DNA of 60,304 nt from Streptomyces virus StarPlatinum. Lineage: Duplodnaviria; Heunggongvirae; Uroviricota; Caudoviricetes. The notes beneath the pieces are model-generated. The model saw only the letters and a list, made by a program, of their open reading frames with translations, did not search any database and was not told where the DNA came from. Of the stretch, positions 43,901 through 53,628 are shown piece after piece. Where the stretch lies: the IMG/VR virus record IMGVR_UViG_2974628900_000001, positions 1 through 60,304 of that record, one strand, 5' to 3'. The translations under genes were made by a program, and so were the position numbers. Each line of letters begins with the position of its first letter. Positions within the stretch are counted from its first letter, which is position 1.

Positions 43901-44191
43901 CGTCGTCGTGGACTTGTCGAGACAGAGGTTCAGTCAGATTGGATTCAGACAGAGGCGGCGGCAAAGGCGCTAGCCGACTGGATTACCTACCATTGGGCTA
44001 ATGGATGCGATGAGGTAGAAGCTACGATCTTTGGTAACCCATTGATCCAGCTTGGAGACATCGTATCAATCAATTACCCACAAAAGGATTTCGATCCTGT
44101 GACACACAGGTACTTTGTTGTCGGAATTCGAAGAGGCTTTAACGGCGGATTCGATGACACAGAGCTTACCTTGCGACGTGTCAAGGCTTAA
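40994..44191 (+). CDS. Minor tail / baseplate hub protein
   Basis: 1065 aa; C-terminal GNPLIQLGDIV motif typical of tail-tip hubs. Confidence 0.8.
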   Translation: MQTTTFYVNKLLKEGLAVTAKPLLIAEWNHNRYAGIQTIDNTPAEYDEGNDTEYYPIESIVDPLRPSKKGIAKARASVEGFVTEYTDRPADKRFYIADYDDIYKYWSSPVASSLIGGLNGFTKTVRPYVIYKTSSWTNKLYFLFETSAGCWPVDYDIQITTNGTTWTTVASDIIANSDGQVTIYRQANGTWGTTVYRENPIQIKGVRLMVNTVSALKKYLEIIEMSARLEVDLTDTLMSADYNFTMSDTSFLTPLGNASSNTASIELSNIDGRYNNTNTDSMFYGLIDKNVKMTYSLGIDQTPAGGSGFSYIRQFTMYVDNWQGQGQESCNVQLKDASKFMQEIKPPKMFFEQMTLGRIVWQLCDVIGFTDYKYEKIDDDKATLVPYFWTDGEKSIWEIFSSLAVTTQSAIYFDEFGILQILTRDRAYNIGNPIAWQLDGVKNGTKEPDLVDLSQSYDYEANNVTVRYSKTSISDMVRRIPKMDVVWQPEGDVVLRSSQLRESMNSTQDFIRMTGSEAAVWPYQGIVEIEGELMRYGTKGYWYYNKSGVLTFKALKNADEKKQVDEELSSPYLSYKNYFSGWYGDVERGLWNTYPAAHRNDAAGYRVRVASYNGSYKSWTGGFVHNKDQSTISLKATTKTNVNTCYVASRGSEADKSIWYVGTRVRFRDSGYKHGMAGIAFNLGTEDKGYYLELCRTDRLPGGRKYQNECNFYIRRTSGKLERFGPNKGKGVAMAISKNVWYDIDIAIRMENGVYGDPGAFVGHVIQVSINGIPTMTFTIPVSKKEPLTGRFGVFTRGSTHADFEYLYGNGTTEDLHIDTTAMFDRIRGGIVSSQADSEWLYKWHYTSHIVKKKKKWLWARYAQRFFDDFGPIGHEVREFDVQFDKFPAVHSNLYFSNTSQVINPEYTADPFGAKFILSNAYRSNAVINGEDTLTFGADNPVTQQMMIYGRTVNKEEEKTIVSKNEDAIRRRGLVETEVQSDWIQTEAAAKALADWITYHWANGCDEVEATIFGNPLIQLGDIVSINYPQKDFDPVTHRYFVVGIRRGFNGGFDDTELTLRRVKA

Positions 44192-44227
44192 TTTTGCTTT
44201 GAGTAACAGCTCAGATATAATTGCTTC

Positions 44228-44596
44228 ATGAGCATTAACAGCAATCAAGTCATCAAGAAGCCAGATGTCATCATCAACCCCAACTTCTTTCTACCACCTG
44301 GGGTTGTTGATGCACGCTATCCTGATGAAATCGAGGTCGATCAAGAAGAGACCACTGATGTAATCGATACCGACGATGTCATTGATGTTGACAGTGAATC
44401 ACTAGCAGAAATTGATGAACCAGAGGAAACCGGAGAAGACAATGAAACTTCTATCCTGCTTCCACCTGACACAGTGATTGTTGTTAGCCAGACAATTCGA
44501 GTCGGTGAGAATGGTCAGCAGGTTGTTGATGTTGTTCTGGAAGTTCCAGATGTAGACGAATCAATTCAGATCGACGTTAGGATGACAAAGGTATGA
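44228..44596 (+). CDS. Acidic hypothetical tail-module protein, leaderless
   Basis: TATAAT lies 6 nt before the ATG. Confidence 0.75.
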   Translation: MSINSNQVIKKPDVIINPNFFLPPGVVDARYPDEIEVDQEETTDVIDTDDVIDVDSESLAEIDEPEETGEDNETSILLPPDTVIVVSQTIRVGENGQQVVDVVLEVPDVDESIQIDVRMTKV

Positions 44597-45390
44597 TAAC
44601 TACTCAAGGCAAGTCAATCATTTTCCGTTACCTGGCCGGGTACGTCCCACGCATTGCAGAATCAATTGCAATTGGCGTGGGTAATAGTGCTGCCTCCGTA
44701 AACGACACTGTTCTTGATTTCGAAACGAATCGAGTTCTGATTAACATCACTGCTGCTGATATCGTAAATGACAAGGTCGTATTCAAGGGCGTCATCCCGC
44801 AAGAATTCGTTGGAAAGATCTATGAGGTGGGATTGTGGTTTGGAAGCCCGGCGCAGAATGCTGGAGCTAGCTCAATCATTGTAGACTTTGACTCAACAGC
44901 AGAAGCATGGGACACCGGCACATGGGAGACAACCATTGCCAGAATTGGAACCGATGCTTTGCAGCTCGCAGGAGGACAGAGCAGCACCCTTGCAGAAATT
45001 GCACTTGACCTATCTGGATACTCAGACGCTGACTTCCTTTCCCTTGCCTATTCAGCAGATGCCACAATCAATGACGTAACTGTTCAGTTTAAGACTGACG
45101 ATACGAACTACTATTCATACACATTTGCTGCGGCCACTGGGTATGACGTAAAGTCATTCGGAAAGACAGCCACAACAGCAACAGGAACTCCTGACTGGGA
45201 AAACATCACAAAGATCACTGTCTCATCTACAGGAACTGGAAACATCGTATTCGATGGAATTCGAGCAGAAGACAGTGACACAATCAGCAACGACTATGCT
45301 TTGGTAGCTAGAACAGTCCTTTCTACTCCAAAGACAAAGACCAACGATAGCGAAATGGACATCGAGTACGCATTGGAAATCAACATATGA
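44593..45390 (+). CDS. Minor tail protein
   Basis: MITTQGK...IAIGVG...YEVGLW motifs; tail module position. Confidence 0.7.
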   Translation: MITTQGKSIIFRYLAGYVPRIAESIAIGVGNSAASVNDTVLDFETNRVLINITAADIVNDKVVFKGVIPQEFVGKIYEVGLWFGSPAQNAGASSIIVDFDSTAEAWDTGTWETTIARIGTDALQLAGGQSSTLAEIALDLSGYSDADFLSLAYSADATINDVTVQFKTDDTNYYSYTFAAATGYDVKSFGKTATTATGTPDWENITKITVSSTGTGNIVFDGIRAEDSDTISNDYALVARTVLSTPKTKTNDSEMDIEYALEINI

Positions 45391-48300
45391 GAATTCTTCT
45401 AAGAGATCTTACACCGGGTACCGACTACAACATTCAGCTTCGTTCCAATGATGGAACGAATGTTTCTGAGTGGAGCCGAGTGTTCCCTATGACAACGGTT
45501 ACTGACACTCTTGCTCCAGCTCCAGTGCAGAATGTCACATGGGTTGTCAATAGAAGTGCCTTCTCTGGTAAGTGGGATGCCGTTACTCAGAATGAAGATG
45601 CAACTCCTCTCATGGACTTCTCTCACTACATTGTGAGAATTCAGAGTGGTGTTACCTACCGAGATGTAAAGACTACCAACACTTTCTATGATCTTCCATT
45701 CGAAACAAATAAGGCATTCTTCGGCACTCCACAGGCTACGCTATCTATTACCGTATTTGCTGTGGACACGACAGGCAACTTCTCAGACGCATCTGCGACT
45801 GTGTCCGCCACCAATCCGCCACCACCTGACCCAACAGGTGTAGTTGCTGCTGGAATCGTTGGTGGAATTAGCATGCGTTGGGACGTTCAGTCTATCGATG
45901 ATCTTGCTGCCTATGATGTTTACATGAGCACGACCGGTGCAGGATTTACCCCAAGCAATGCTAATCGTGTATACAGCGGAACTGGAAACACTCTCGTATA
46001 TGATTCCAGCTCTCTTGGTGTAGTGCATTACTTCAAGATCAGATCTCGTGACGTATTCGATAGCATTTCAAACTACGTCACTGTTTCAGCGACCCCAATT
46101 TCACCAACTGATGTTGATACGACTGCGCCAGGTGTTCCTACTGGACTAACGGCAACAATGGCAGTTGACACAAATGATTCCGCCTTTGCTACTGCGGCAG
46201 TTTCTTGGACCGCCCCATCTGACACTGATCTTGCTGGATATGTTGTTCGATACAAGCAGAATTCATCAACAACTTATGACTACGTAAACGTTCCTGTAGG
46301 CACGACCTCAATTACAATTGGAGGTCTAGTTGTTGGTGTCCAGTACAACTTCTCAGTTCAGGCATTCGACAGAAGTACAAATAGATCAGCGTTCTCTTCT
46401 GCTGTAAATGCGACGGCGGCAAATACTGCCCCTTCTACTCCAGCGGCTCCAGTAGCAGTAGCCAACATCATGAGTGTGCAGGTCAGCCATTCCTTGCAGA
46501 AGTCAACCTCTGGAAGACTAGAAGCTGACGTTGCCTACTTTGAAGTTCACCTTGGAACCACTTCAACATTCACCGCAGATGACACCACGCTAATTGGTCA
46601 ATTGCAGGTTGAGCCTGGTAGCACATTCGTTTCAGAGATTTTCTCTGCACCTGCTCCAGACAGCTCTCTGGCCCGTTGGGTACGAGTCATTGCCGTTGAC
46701 CGAGGTGGATTGAAGTCTTCTGCTTCTGCCGTTGCCGCAGTTACTGTTGGTCTTATCAGCAACGCCTACATCGCAAATGCCACGATTACTTCTGCCAAGA
46801 TCGCCTCTCTTGAGGCTAACAAGATCACGGCTGGTACTGGTATCATCAATGCTTTGCTGATCAAGAACTCACTAACGGTTGATACTGGTGGTACGATCAA
46901 GAGCACGAACTACGTTGCTGGATCTACTGGATATCAGCTATCAAACAACACTCTAGAAATTAATGGTGGAACAATTCGAGCGGCTGCACTTCTATTGCAG
47001 GATGCTCCAAACATTATTCTCCCTCAATATTCTGATTTCGAATTCCAGTCAACTTGGTACACAGGAAAGACTGTCACATTCAATGACGGAGGAACAACCT
47101 CTTGGGCAATTGCTACTGCTCCGGAAGTTACTCCAAAGTTTGGTACTCAATGCCTTAAGCACACCTGGACCGGTGGAGGAACGTTCTCCCGAGTTTATCA
47201 GGGATCAAGCTTTACTGATTACAATGTCATCGTAGAGCCAAATACGGATTATATTGCATCCGTATGGGTATTCAATCCAACAGGTTCTGGTGACAAGACA
47301 GTCGGATTCGGCGTCAAGATGGGAGACGGAGCAACTTATCCACAGCCTGGTGGAACTCCAATTGTTGTTGCCAATGGAACGTGGACTAGAATTTCCGGTA
47401 CATTCAATACTGGTGCAAACAGCACACTCATGACCTACATGAGCCTTTACACTGCTGGATCTGTTTACTTTGATGGGCTACAGATTGAGCGAAAGCTTAC
47501 TGGCTCAACAACTCCTTCCCCATGGAGAGCACCAAGCACAACTTCCATTGATGGTGGAATTATCCGTACTGGTGAAATCCGTTCCACCGCTTTGGCAAAT
47601 GGTCTTTCAGGGCAGCCAGCATGGTCAATCAATATGACTGGTGGTGCCCAGTTTGGTGATGCCACAGTTCGAGGACGCATTGTAGTTGGTGACCCAAGCA
47701 ATCCAACTGCTGACGGAGTAAACAGCCGAATTCATTCAGCTAACTACGTGGCTGGAACCAGTGGATGGATTATCCGCAACGATGGATACGCTGAATTCCG
47801 TAACCTTGCTGTCAACTCAATCAAGGTAACGGCCCTTGACGCTCCAATGCAGAACAACACCTACGCAAAGCTATTTGACTACATGCAGGACGGTAGCCTA
47901 TGGCTTTCTCATGGTGCAGTTGTTCAGAAGACTGATCCCGGTGCTTATTCCGCTGAATCTCTATTCGAATTCACTGGTTCAGGACTAGTTCTTCGTAATG
48001 CTGTCGGTGTCACGAAGGTTGCTTATGACCCAACCATTCTATACCGTATCTCAGCTCGTATCCGTGCGTACTCCGTAGCGACCCTGAACTCCAATCCTGG
48101 CTTTGAAACAAACACGACTGGATGGTTTGCCTATGGAACAAACACCATTACGAGAGACACCACCAAGAAGTTTAGCGGTGTGGCGTCCGTGCGATGGGAT
48201 CAGGCTGGAACTTCCAACGGTTCATACGGAATGGGAACGGTCGTTCCTGTAAAGGCTGGCTACACCTACACATTCTCTGCACGAATGCTTCCAAATAGCA

Positions 48301-51300
48301 CTGTCATTCGAGACAATCTAAAGATGAACATCGTATGGAAGGACGCTGCTAATGCGACGATTAGCACAACCTTCAATGATATGCCACCTCCAGTGGATGC
48401 CAATGGTGTAGTAATTCCTATTGATGGAACAACATGGTCTCAGTTTTCTTCAACTGGAACTGCCCCAACGGGAGCCGTAAGTGCTAGCTTCGAAATTCAG
48501 GCTGGTATTTCTGGAAGCCCGGTGGCAGGAATTCAGGGATGGTTTGACGACGTAACAGTAACTACTCCACCACGTATCAAGGTGGGTCTATTCGGATTCG
48601 ACAATGCCAATAATATCATCGACTGGGATTATGTCGATGACGCAACTACGCCTACAAAGAAGCATGCAATGCCAACCGATTACAGTCTTCTTTCTGGATA
48701 TGCAGCGAACCAGTACATGATGGTTCAGAACAATTCAGAAGTTCAGATTGCAACTGGTAGCTCTGGCACGACTGCTGACTGGATCACCGTAACTGGATAT
48801 GTTCGTGGTCGAGGTGGAGCCGGTGCAACAGGTGTCCTAGGTACTCAAGGAGAGCACCAGGACCCATATAGCCCAGCGTCTTTGAATCAGTCTGTCCGAT
48901 ACCTCGTTCCTTATGTTGAATGGGATATCGCAACTGGTTCTGTAGCTCAGCTTGACCAGTTCTCCATTGAAGCCTATGAAAATGGTGCTCCTGCTAAGGT
49001 TGCCACGACTGATGTAAATGGTCAGAAGGCTGTATCTGTTGAGAACATTCAGGGTTCCATCTTTGACCACGCAATCAGATTCTACACTGGTGAGCCTGAC
49101 GAGCAACTTCCTGGAATGGTTGGTCACGTTATGGACGGAGACTGGAATGATGCATCACACATCAGAATCTCTCCACCATTGATCAACAAGGATTCTGACT
49201 ATGGTGGTGTATTCATCGGAATCTACGACCGTAATCCAAACTACATTTACGATGCAACATTCGAAGATGGAATTACTGGTTGGTCTGGAATGGCAAATAC
49301 TACGCTATCTCACGAGACAACGATTGGTAGAGAGGACACAAATTCACTAAAGATCACTGCAACCGGTACAATTTCAAGCCCGGCGACCACAGAGCTTCTT
49401 GGTAAGTATTCTGTATCAACTCTTACAAATCAGGAGCTTATTGGTCAGAAGGTAACTGTAACTGGTTATGCAATGATGGGAACAGCGACCGGTAGAAACG
49501 TGCGCCTTGTTGTCAAGTTTATGGACGAAGCTGGAGCAATGATCAATGGATATTTCATTGAGAAGGCTGTAACAAATACAGCTTGGGTCAACTTCTCATT
49601 TATTTCTCCAATCGTCATCCCTGACACTTGTTACTCCGTAGAATTCTCATTCTCATGGTTTAATGGAGCAACCGGTGACATTGTTTACATTGACGATGTT
49701 CAGCTTGAAATGGGTACAAGGACTGATTTCCGTACTGCTTCTGCAAGTAAGATCATGCTACAGTCTGACTATGTAAAGAGCAATGGTGGAATCATCATTT
49801 CCAGGTCTGAGCTTGATCTTCCAGACAACGTATGGGGATCAACGGTTGGTGGACGTAGAGACACACCATTTTATCCTGGTGTAATTCTACAGTCAGAAGG
49901 TGGAACTGGTGCAGTTAGATATGTAAACTACACAGACTCTGCTGGTAACCGAGCATCTACTCAGTTGACAAACTTCTCTCCATCTGGAGTTGAAGAACAC
50001 GGAATTCGATTCTATGGAATGAATGACGCAACCTATCCTGGACGATGGGTTCTTACGAACGCCACTGGTCAGTTTGTTATGGCTAGCTATGCAAATGCTG
50101 ATGAGGACATGACGACTGCTCGAAATGTTCGAGTGTACGGACATCTTGACGTTGATGGAGATCCACCTTGGGAAGCTGCGACATTGCAGACTGGTTCAGC
50201 AGTGGCGGGTGCCTACACTCCTTCTTATTTCACTAGCAACGGAACTACGTACCTTCGTGGTGCTGCTTCTGGATGGACTAAGGGTTCAGGTACACCAATT
50301 TTCACTCTTCCATCTGGATATAGGCCAACAAAGACGGTTTATCTTTCAACAGTGTCCTATACCACAACTTCTGACGCCCAGGCAACGGTTCTTGTTGTTG
50401 ATACTGCTGGAAAGGTATATGTATATTCTGCTGTAGCCGCAAAGACGAATGTCATGCTGGACGGATTGTCATTCTCTAATGCTCCAGATACATACGTAAC
50501 TCCACCAACAGGAGATACTACGGCTCCAGGAACTCCTTCTGGATTCAAGATTACCGCACTTTCATCAAGTACCACAACTGGTACTTATCGTCTGAACTGG
50601 ACCAACCCATCAGCATCAGACACGGCCGGTGTCAAGATTATCTGGAGAAGCGACAGATACCCTACTGTAACCATTGCAGCTTCTGGTACTAAGACTCTGA
50701 CCACAGATGGAAAAATCATTACCGTAACGGGCGCTGCAAGCGCTGCAAAGCAGTACGACCACTCAGGTCTACCAGTGAACAAGACGATCTACTACCGAGT
50801 TGTTTCTTACGATTCAAGCGGAAACCATTCAACATATGTCTCTGCTTCACGATACTTGCTTGCTTCACCAGTAACGGTTACTGCCAGCTCCTCTGACTCC
50901 TACCGTCTTGGATATGGTGGTATGTGGAGAAACGACGGTGACGAAGTTTATCAGGGTGACTGGACTGGAAATGACAACCACAGAGGAATGTATTTCTATG
51001 GAACCAAGATCTATGATGCTCTTGCGGCCGGTGGTGTAGTAAGAACTCCTACAAAGGCTACTATCTACCTTAAGAGACTAAGCACAGCTCATGGTAATAA
51101 CACTGGAGTAGGAATTAACCTAAGAGGTCATGTCTACCAGACTAAGCCATCTGGTGACCCTGTTGGTGGTATGACTAATGAAGGTTCAGATGGAGATGAC
51201 ATTGTATTCCTATCAAGAGGAGAAGCAGCTACTGTAACAATTCCATCAAGTTGGTACAACAATATTGTTGATGCAACCGCTGCAAATAGAATTGAAGGAT

Positions 51301-51398
51301 TCGGTGTATACGGAAGCGGAACCGGTGACTATGCAGTAATGTACGGTGTATCATCTGGATCTTCCTACGGAAAGATCACTCTGTACCACAAGGGATGA
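45387..51398 (+). CDS. Large tail fibre / receptor-binding protein with FN3 repeats and carbohydrate-binding-like modules
   Basis: Repeated DTTAPGxP...SWTAPS FN3 motifs; NPGFE...GW and YFDGLQIE / YIDDVQLE modules; 2003 aa. Confidence 0.8.
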   Translation: MRILLRDLTPGTDYNIQLRSNDGTNVSEWSRVFPMTTVTDTLAPAPVQNVTWVVNRSAFSGKWDAVTQNEDATPLMDFSHYIVRIQSGVTYRDVKTTNTFYDLPFETNKAFFGTPQATLSITVFAVDTTGNFSDASATVSATNPPPPDPTGVVAAGIVGGISMRWDVQSIDDLAAYDVYMSTTGAGFTPSNANRVYSGTGNTLVYDSSSLGVVHYFKIRSRDVFDSISNYVTVSATPISPTDVDTTAPGVPTGLTATMAVDTNDSAFATAAVSWTAPSDTDLAGYVVRYKQNSSTTYDYVNVPVGTTSITIGGLVVGVQYNFSVQAFDRSTNRSAFSSAVNATAANTAPSTPAAPVAVANIMSVQVSHSLQKSTSGRLEADVAYFEVHLGTTSTFTADDTTLIGQLQVEPGSTFVSEIFSAPAPDSSLARWVRVIAVDRGGLKSSASAVAAVTVGLISNAYIANATITSAKIASLEANKITAGTGIINALLIKNSLTVDTGGTIKSTNYVAGSTGYQLSNNTLEINGGTIRAAALLLQDAPNIILPQYSDFEFQSTWYTGKTVTFNDGGTTSWAIATAPEVTPKFGTQCLKHTWTGGGTFSRVYQGSSFTDYNVIVEPNTDYIASVWVFNPTGSGDKTVGFGVKMGDGATYPQPGGTPIVVANGTWTRISGTFNTGANSTLMTYMSLYTAGSVYFDGLQIERKLTGSTTPSPWRAPSTTSIDGGIIRTGEIRSTALANGLSGQPAWSINMTGGAQFGDATVRGRIVVGDPSNPTADGVNSRIHSANYVAGTSGWIIRNDGYAEFRNLAVNSIKVTALDAPMQNNTYAKLFDYMQDGSLWLSHGAVVQKTDPGAYSAESLFEFTGSGLVLRNAVGVTKVAYDPTILYRISARIRAYSVATLNSNPGFETNTTGWFAYGTNTITRDTTKKFSGVASVRWDQAGTSNGSYGMGTVVPVKAGYTYTFSARMLPNSTVIRDNLKMNIVWKDAANATISTTFNDMPPPVDANGVVIPIDGTTWSQFSSTGTAPTGAVSASFEIQAGISGSPVAGIQGWFDDVTVTTPPRIKVGLFGFDNANNIIDWDYVDDATTPTKKHAMPTDYSLLSGYAANQYMMVQNNSEVQIATGSSGTTADWITVTGYVRGRGGAGATGVLGTQGEHQDPYSPASLNQSVRYLVPYVEWDIATGSVAQLDQFSIEAYENGAPAKVATTDVNGQKAVSVENIQGSIFDHAIRFYTGEPDEQLPGMVGHVMDGDWNDASHIRISPPLINKDSDYGGVFIGIYDRNPNYIYDATFEDGITGWSGMANTTLSHETTIGREDTNSLKITATGTISSPATTELLGKYSVSTLTNQELIGQKVTVTGYAMMGTATGRNVRLVVKFMDEAGAMINGYFIEKAVTNTAWVNFSFISPIVIPDTCYSVEFSFSWFNGATGDIVYIDDVQLEMGTRTDFRTASASKIMLQSDYVKSNGGIIISRSELDLPDNVWGSTVGGRRDTPFYPGVILQSEGGTGAVRYVNYTDSAGNRASTQLTNFSPSGVEEHGIRFYGMNDATYPGRWVLTNATGQFVMASYANADEDMTTARNVRVYGHLDVDGDPPWEAATLQTGSAVAGAYTPSYFTSNGTTYLRGAASGWTKGSGTPIFTLPSGYRPTKTVYLSTVSYTTTSDAQATVLVVDTAGKVYVYSAVAAKTNVMLDGLSFSNAPDTYVTPPTGDTTAPGTPSGFKITALSSSTTTGTYRLNWTNPSASDTAGVKIIWRSDRYPTVTIAASGTKTLTTDGKIITVTGAASAAKQYDHSGLPVNKTIYYRVVSYDSSGNHSTYVSASRYLLASPVTVTASSSDSYRLGYGGMWRNDGDEVYQGDWTGNDNHRGMYFYGTKIYDALAAGGVVRTPTKATIYLKRLSTAHGNNTGVGINLRGHVYQTKPSGDPVGGMTNEGSDGDDIVFLSRGEAATVTIPSSWYNNIVDATAANRIEGFGVYGSGTGDYAVMYGVSSGSSYGKITLYHKG

Positions 51399-51442
51399 TC
51401 CGGACTTGACAGCTCGGACGACTTGAGTTACAGTGATTATAC

Positions 51443-51673
51443 TTGGAGAAGAAAGAGGAAAATAATAAATTGATGAATAAGGAAACACTTAAGTTTCTAG
51501 CTATTAAGGAGCGCATCGCTCAGATTACTGCCGAGTATGAAGAGAAGATCGCAGACCTGAGAGCCGACTTCACGATTGCCGTGCAAGAGATGAACGATCA
51601 GCAGGAAAGTCTCCGCAAGGAGAACGAGGAACTAAGGGCCAAGCTCAATGAGACTGTGGCGAAGGAAGACTAA
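51443..51673 (+). CDS. Coiled-coil hypothetical protein
   Basis: TTGACA-17-TACAGT promoter at 51406-51434; alternative start ATG ~51472. Confidence 0.7.
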   Translation: MEKKEENNKLMNKETLKFLAIKERIAQITAEYEEKIADLRADFTIAVQEMNDQQESLRKENEELRAKLNETVAKED

Positions 51674-52091
51674 GGCCCAAGTTGCCCCGACAGTACCCGT
51701 AGATTATCCTACGGGTACTTGTGTTCAGACTGAGAATGGTCTATTCTACATCAAGGGCAAGTTCCGATATCGCATTACCAGCATGCGCATTCTCGATAGC
51801 TGGAGATTTCCATACATCTTGAAGTCAAGCGAAGCTGCCTTGTCTCGTCACAAGATCGGTGGTAAGCTAGGATTCCGACAGGGAACTTTGGTTAAGGATA
51901 TGTCCAATGGTAAAATATATCTGATATCAGAGAACCTTAGAAGACTTATCGATTCTCCTGACTTCTTTGATGTCATGCTGTTTCCGAGGAATAAAGTAAT
52001 TGAAGTTCCTTCTACGGAAATCGCACTACATAAGGAAGGAGAGAAGATAACTTGGCAACTACCCCCTACAAGCCTACAAGCTGGAGTCTAG
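51648..52091 (+). CDS. Hypothetical protein
   Basis: Co-oriented overlapping ORF with two internally similar halves. Confidence 0.7.
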   Translation: MRLWRRKTKAQVAPTVPVDYPTGTCVQTENGLFYIKGKFRYRITSMRILDSWRFPYILKSSEAALSRHKIGGKLGFRQGTLVKDMSNGKIYLISENLRRLIDSPDFFDVMLFPRNKVIEVPSTEIALHKEGEKITWQLPPTSLQAGV

Positions 52092-52492
52092 GCGAACAGA
52101 TTACCCGTGAGAAGCTTAATCAGATGTGCAGCAACGATCAGTACATCTTCGAGAATCAGCCTGTAGCATTCTACAATGCTCACGGAATCAAGAAGACTTC
52201 TGGCTTGAAGATCATGGGAGGCTATGTTTACATCAAGGGTGGAAAGGGTCGTCACTATGAGAAGGAAGTCTATTTTGGAAACTTCTTTTCAGTGGGGTGC
52301 AAGCCTATCGTTGTGACGAGTCAGGTAATTCAGAAGCAGTCCAGAATTCACTGCATCATTCGTGGTGTTCGAGGGGAATACTGGCCAGACCATCGTGGAT
52401 TTACAGCGGTGGTTGACTCTGATGAACTTAGCTCAAAGAGCAACTATTTCCATTACGGTGTCAACGTTCACTTCCTTGCTCTTGGATACTGA
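52052..52492 (+). CDS. Hypothetical protein (possible minor tail component)
   Basis: EQITREKLNQM...NDQY motif resembles fibre N-termini. Confidence 0.65.
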   Translation: MATTPYKPTSWSLGEQITREKLNQMCSNDQYIFENQPVAFYNAHGIKKTSGLKIMGGYVYIKGGKGRHYEKEVYFGNFFSVGCKPIVVTSQVIQKQSRIHCIIRGVRGEYWPDHRGFTAVVDSDELSSKSNYFHYGVNVHFLALGY

Positions 52493-52776
52493 TGTACGTA
52501 CCTATCAGAAATTGGCATAATCGAAAGAGAATGCTATCAGAAGATGGGTACGTACTCATTTGGGCTCCAGAGCATCCAAAGAGTTTCAACGGAGGCTGGT
52601 ATTACGAACATCGAATGGTGTTCGAGGCCCGGCTCAAGAGGATGCTCAAGTCTGATGAAACAGTACATCACATAGGCATCAAGACTGACAACACCTGGAA
52701 GAACTTGTTCCTGTGCACATGGGAAGAACACAATCGACTCAATCGTGCAGAACATCTTGCCTTGACAAGACGCTAA
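52492..52776 (+). CDS. HNH endonuclease
   Basis: DGYVLIWAPEHP...YEHRMV...ETVHH...DN..NL.L....H. Confidence 0.85.
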   Translation: MYVPIRNWHNRKRMLSEDGYVLIWAPEHPKSFNGGWYYEHRMVFEARLKRMLKSDETVHHIGIKTDNTWKNLFLCTWEEHNRLNRAEHLALTRR

Positions 52777-52816
52777 CGACCTGTTAGTGTTGATCAAAAC
52801 AACGAAAGGAACAAGT

Positions 52817-53578
52817 ATGTCTAAAGACATGACATGGCTGTTCGCATCAGACATTCATTTTCCTCACCATGATCAGCGTATGGTGTCTCTCTGGTTCGAT
52901 GTGCTAAGGTACCTCAAGCCGGGCGCTGTTGATCTCCCTGGTGACATTGATGATGCTGAGGAAACGAGCCGGTGGGTAGAAGGAACAACTAAGGAAGGTT
53001 TTAGTCTCAACTATCCTGGCATTCAGCTAACACGCTCCTTCCTTGCGGACATTCATGAACTAGCTCCAAAGGCTGATAAGCATTTCCACGATGGAAATCA
53101 CGGCTGGTATCGTCACGTCAAGTGGCTAGACAAGAATGCTCCATATACTGTTACTGATGGAGTGTACAGCCCAGAAGTTCTTTACGAGTACCAGAAGTCT
53201 GGATTCGTATGGCACAACTATGGCGATCAAGCTGTCAAGCGCTATGGCGACATCTACGTTCACCACGGAGAAAGCATTTCAAAGCATGCTGGAGAATCCG
53301 TGCGAAATGACGTAGAAGCCTGGGGCGTTTCTCTGGTTCGTGGTCACTCACATCGAATGGGTGTCTACAACAGGACTTTTGATCTTACTGGAGAAACCCG
53401 GCGTGGATTTGAGATCGGTCACATGTGCGATGTCACTCAAATGGACTATGACCGTACAAGGAACTGGCAGCCAGGATTCGCATATGGCGTAGTTGCCTCA
53501 ACCGGCGAAGTCTTCATTGACCTAGTGCCCATTATCAACTACACTTGTAAGATCGGAACCAAGATCTTCCGAGGTTGA
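52817..53578 (+). CDS. Calcineurin-like metallophosphoesterase
   Basis: SDIHFP, GDIDD, GNH, HG and GHSH motifs. TTGACA-17-TAGTGT promoter; AAAGGA RBS. Confidence 0.88.
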   Translation: MSKDMTWLFASDIHFPHHDQRMVSLWFDVLRYLKPGAVDLPGDIDDAEETSRWVEGTTKEGFSLNYPGIQLTRSFLADIHELAPKADKHFHDGNHGWYRHVKWLDKNAPYTVTDGVYSPEVLYEYQKSGFVWHNYGDQAVKRYGDIYVHHGESISKHAGESVRNDVEAWGVSLVRGHSHRMGVYNRTFDLTGETRRGFEIGHMCDVTQMDYDRTRNWQPGFAYGVVASTGEVFIDLVPIINYTCKIGTKIFRG

Positions 53579-53628
53579 CATAAAATCTCCCGTGCTATAA
53601 TGAAAGAAAAAGCAAGGGAGGTTAAATC

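Noticed and set aside
53575-53601. TTGACA...TATAAT holin promoter as a confident feature
   Set aside because: The spacer is only 15 bp, so it was not listed as a supported promoter.
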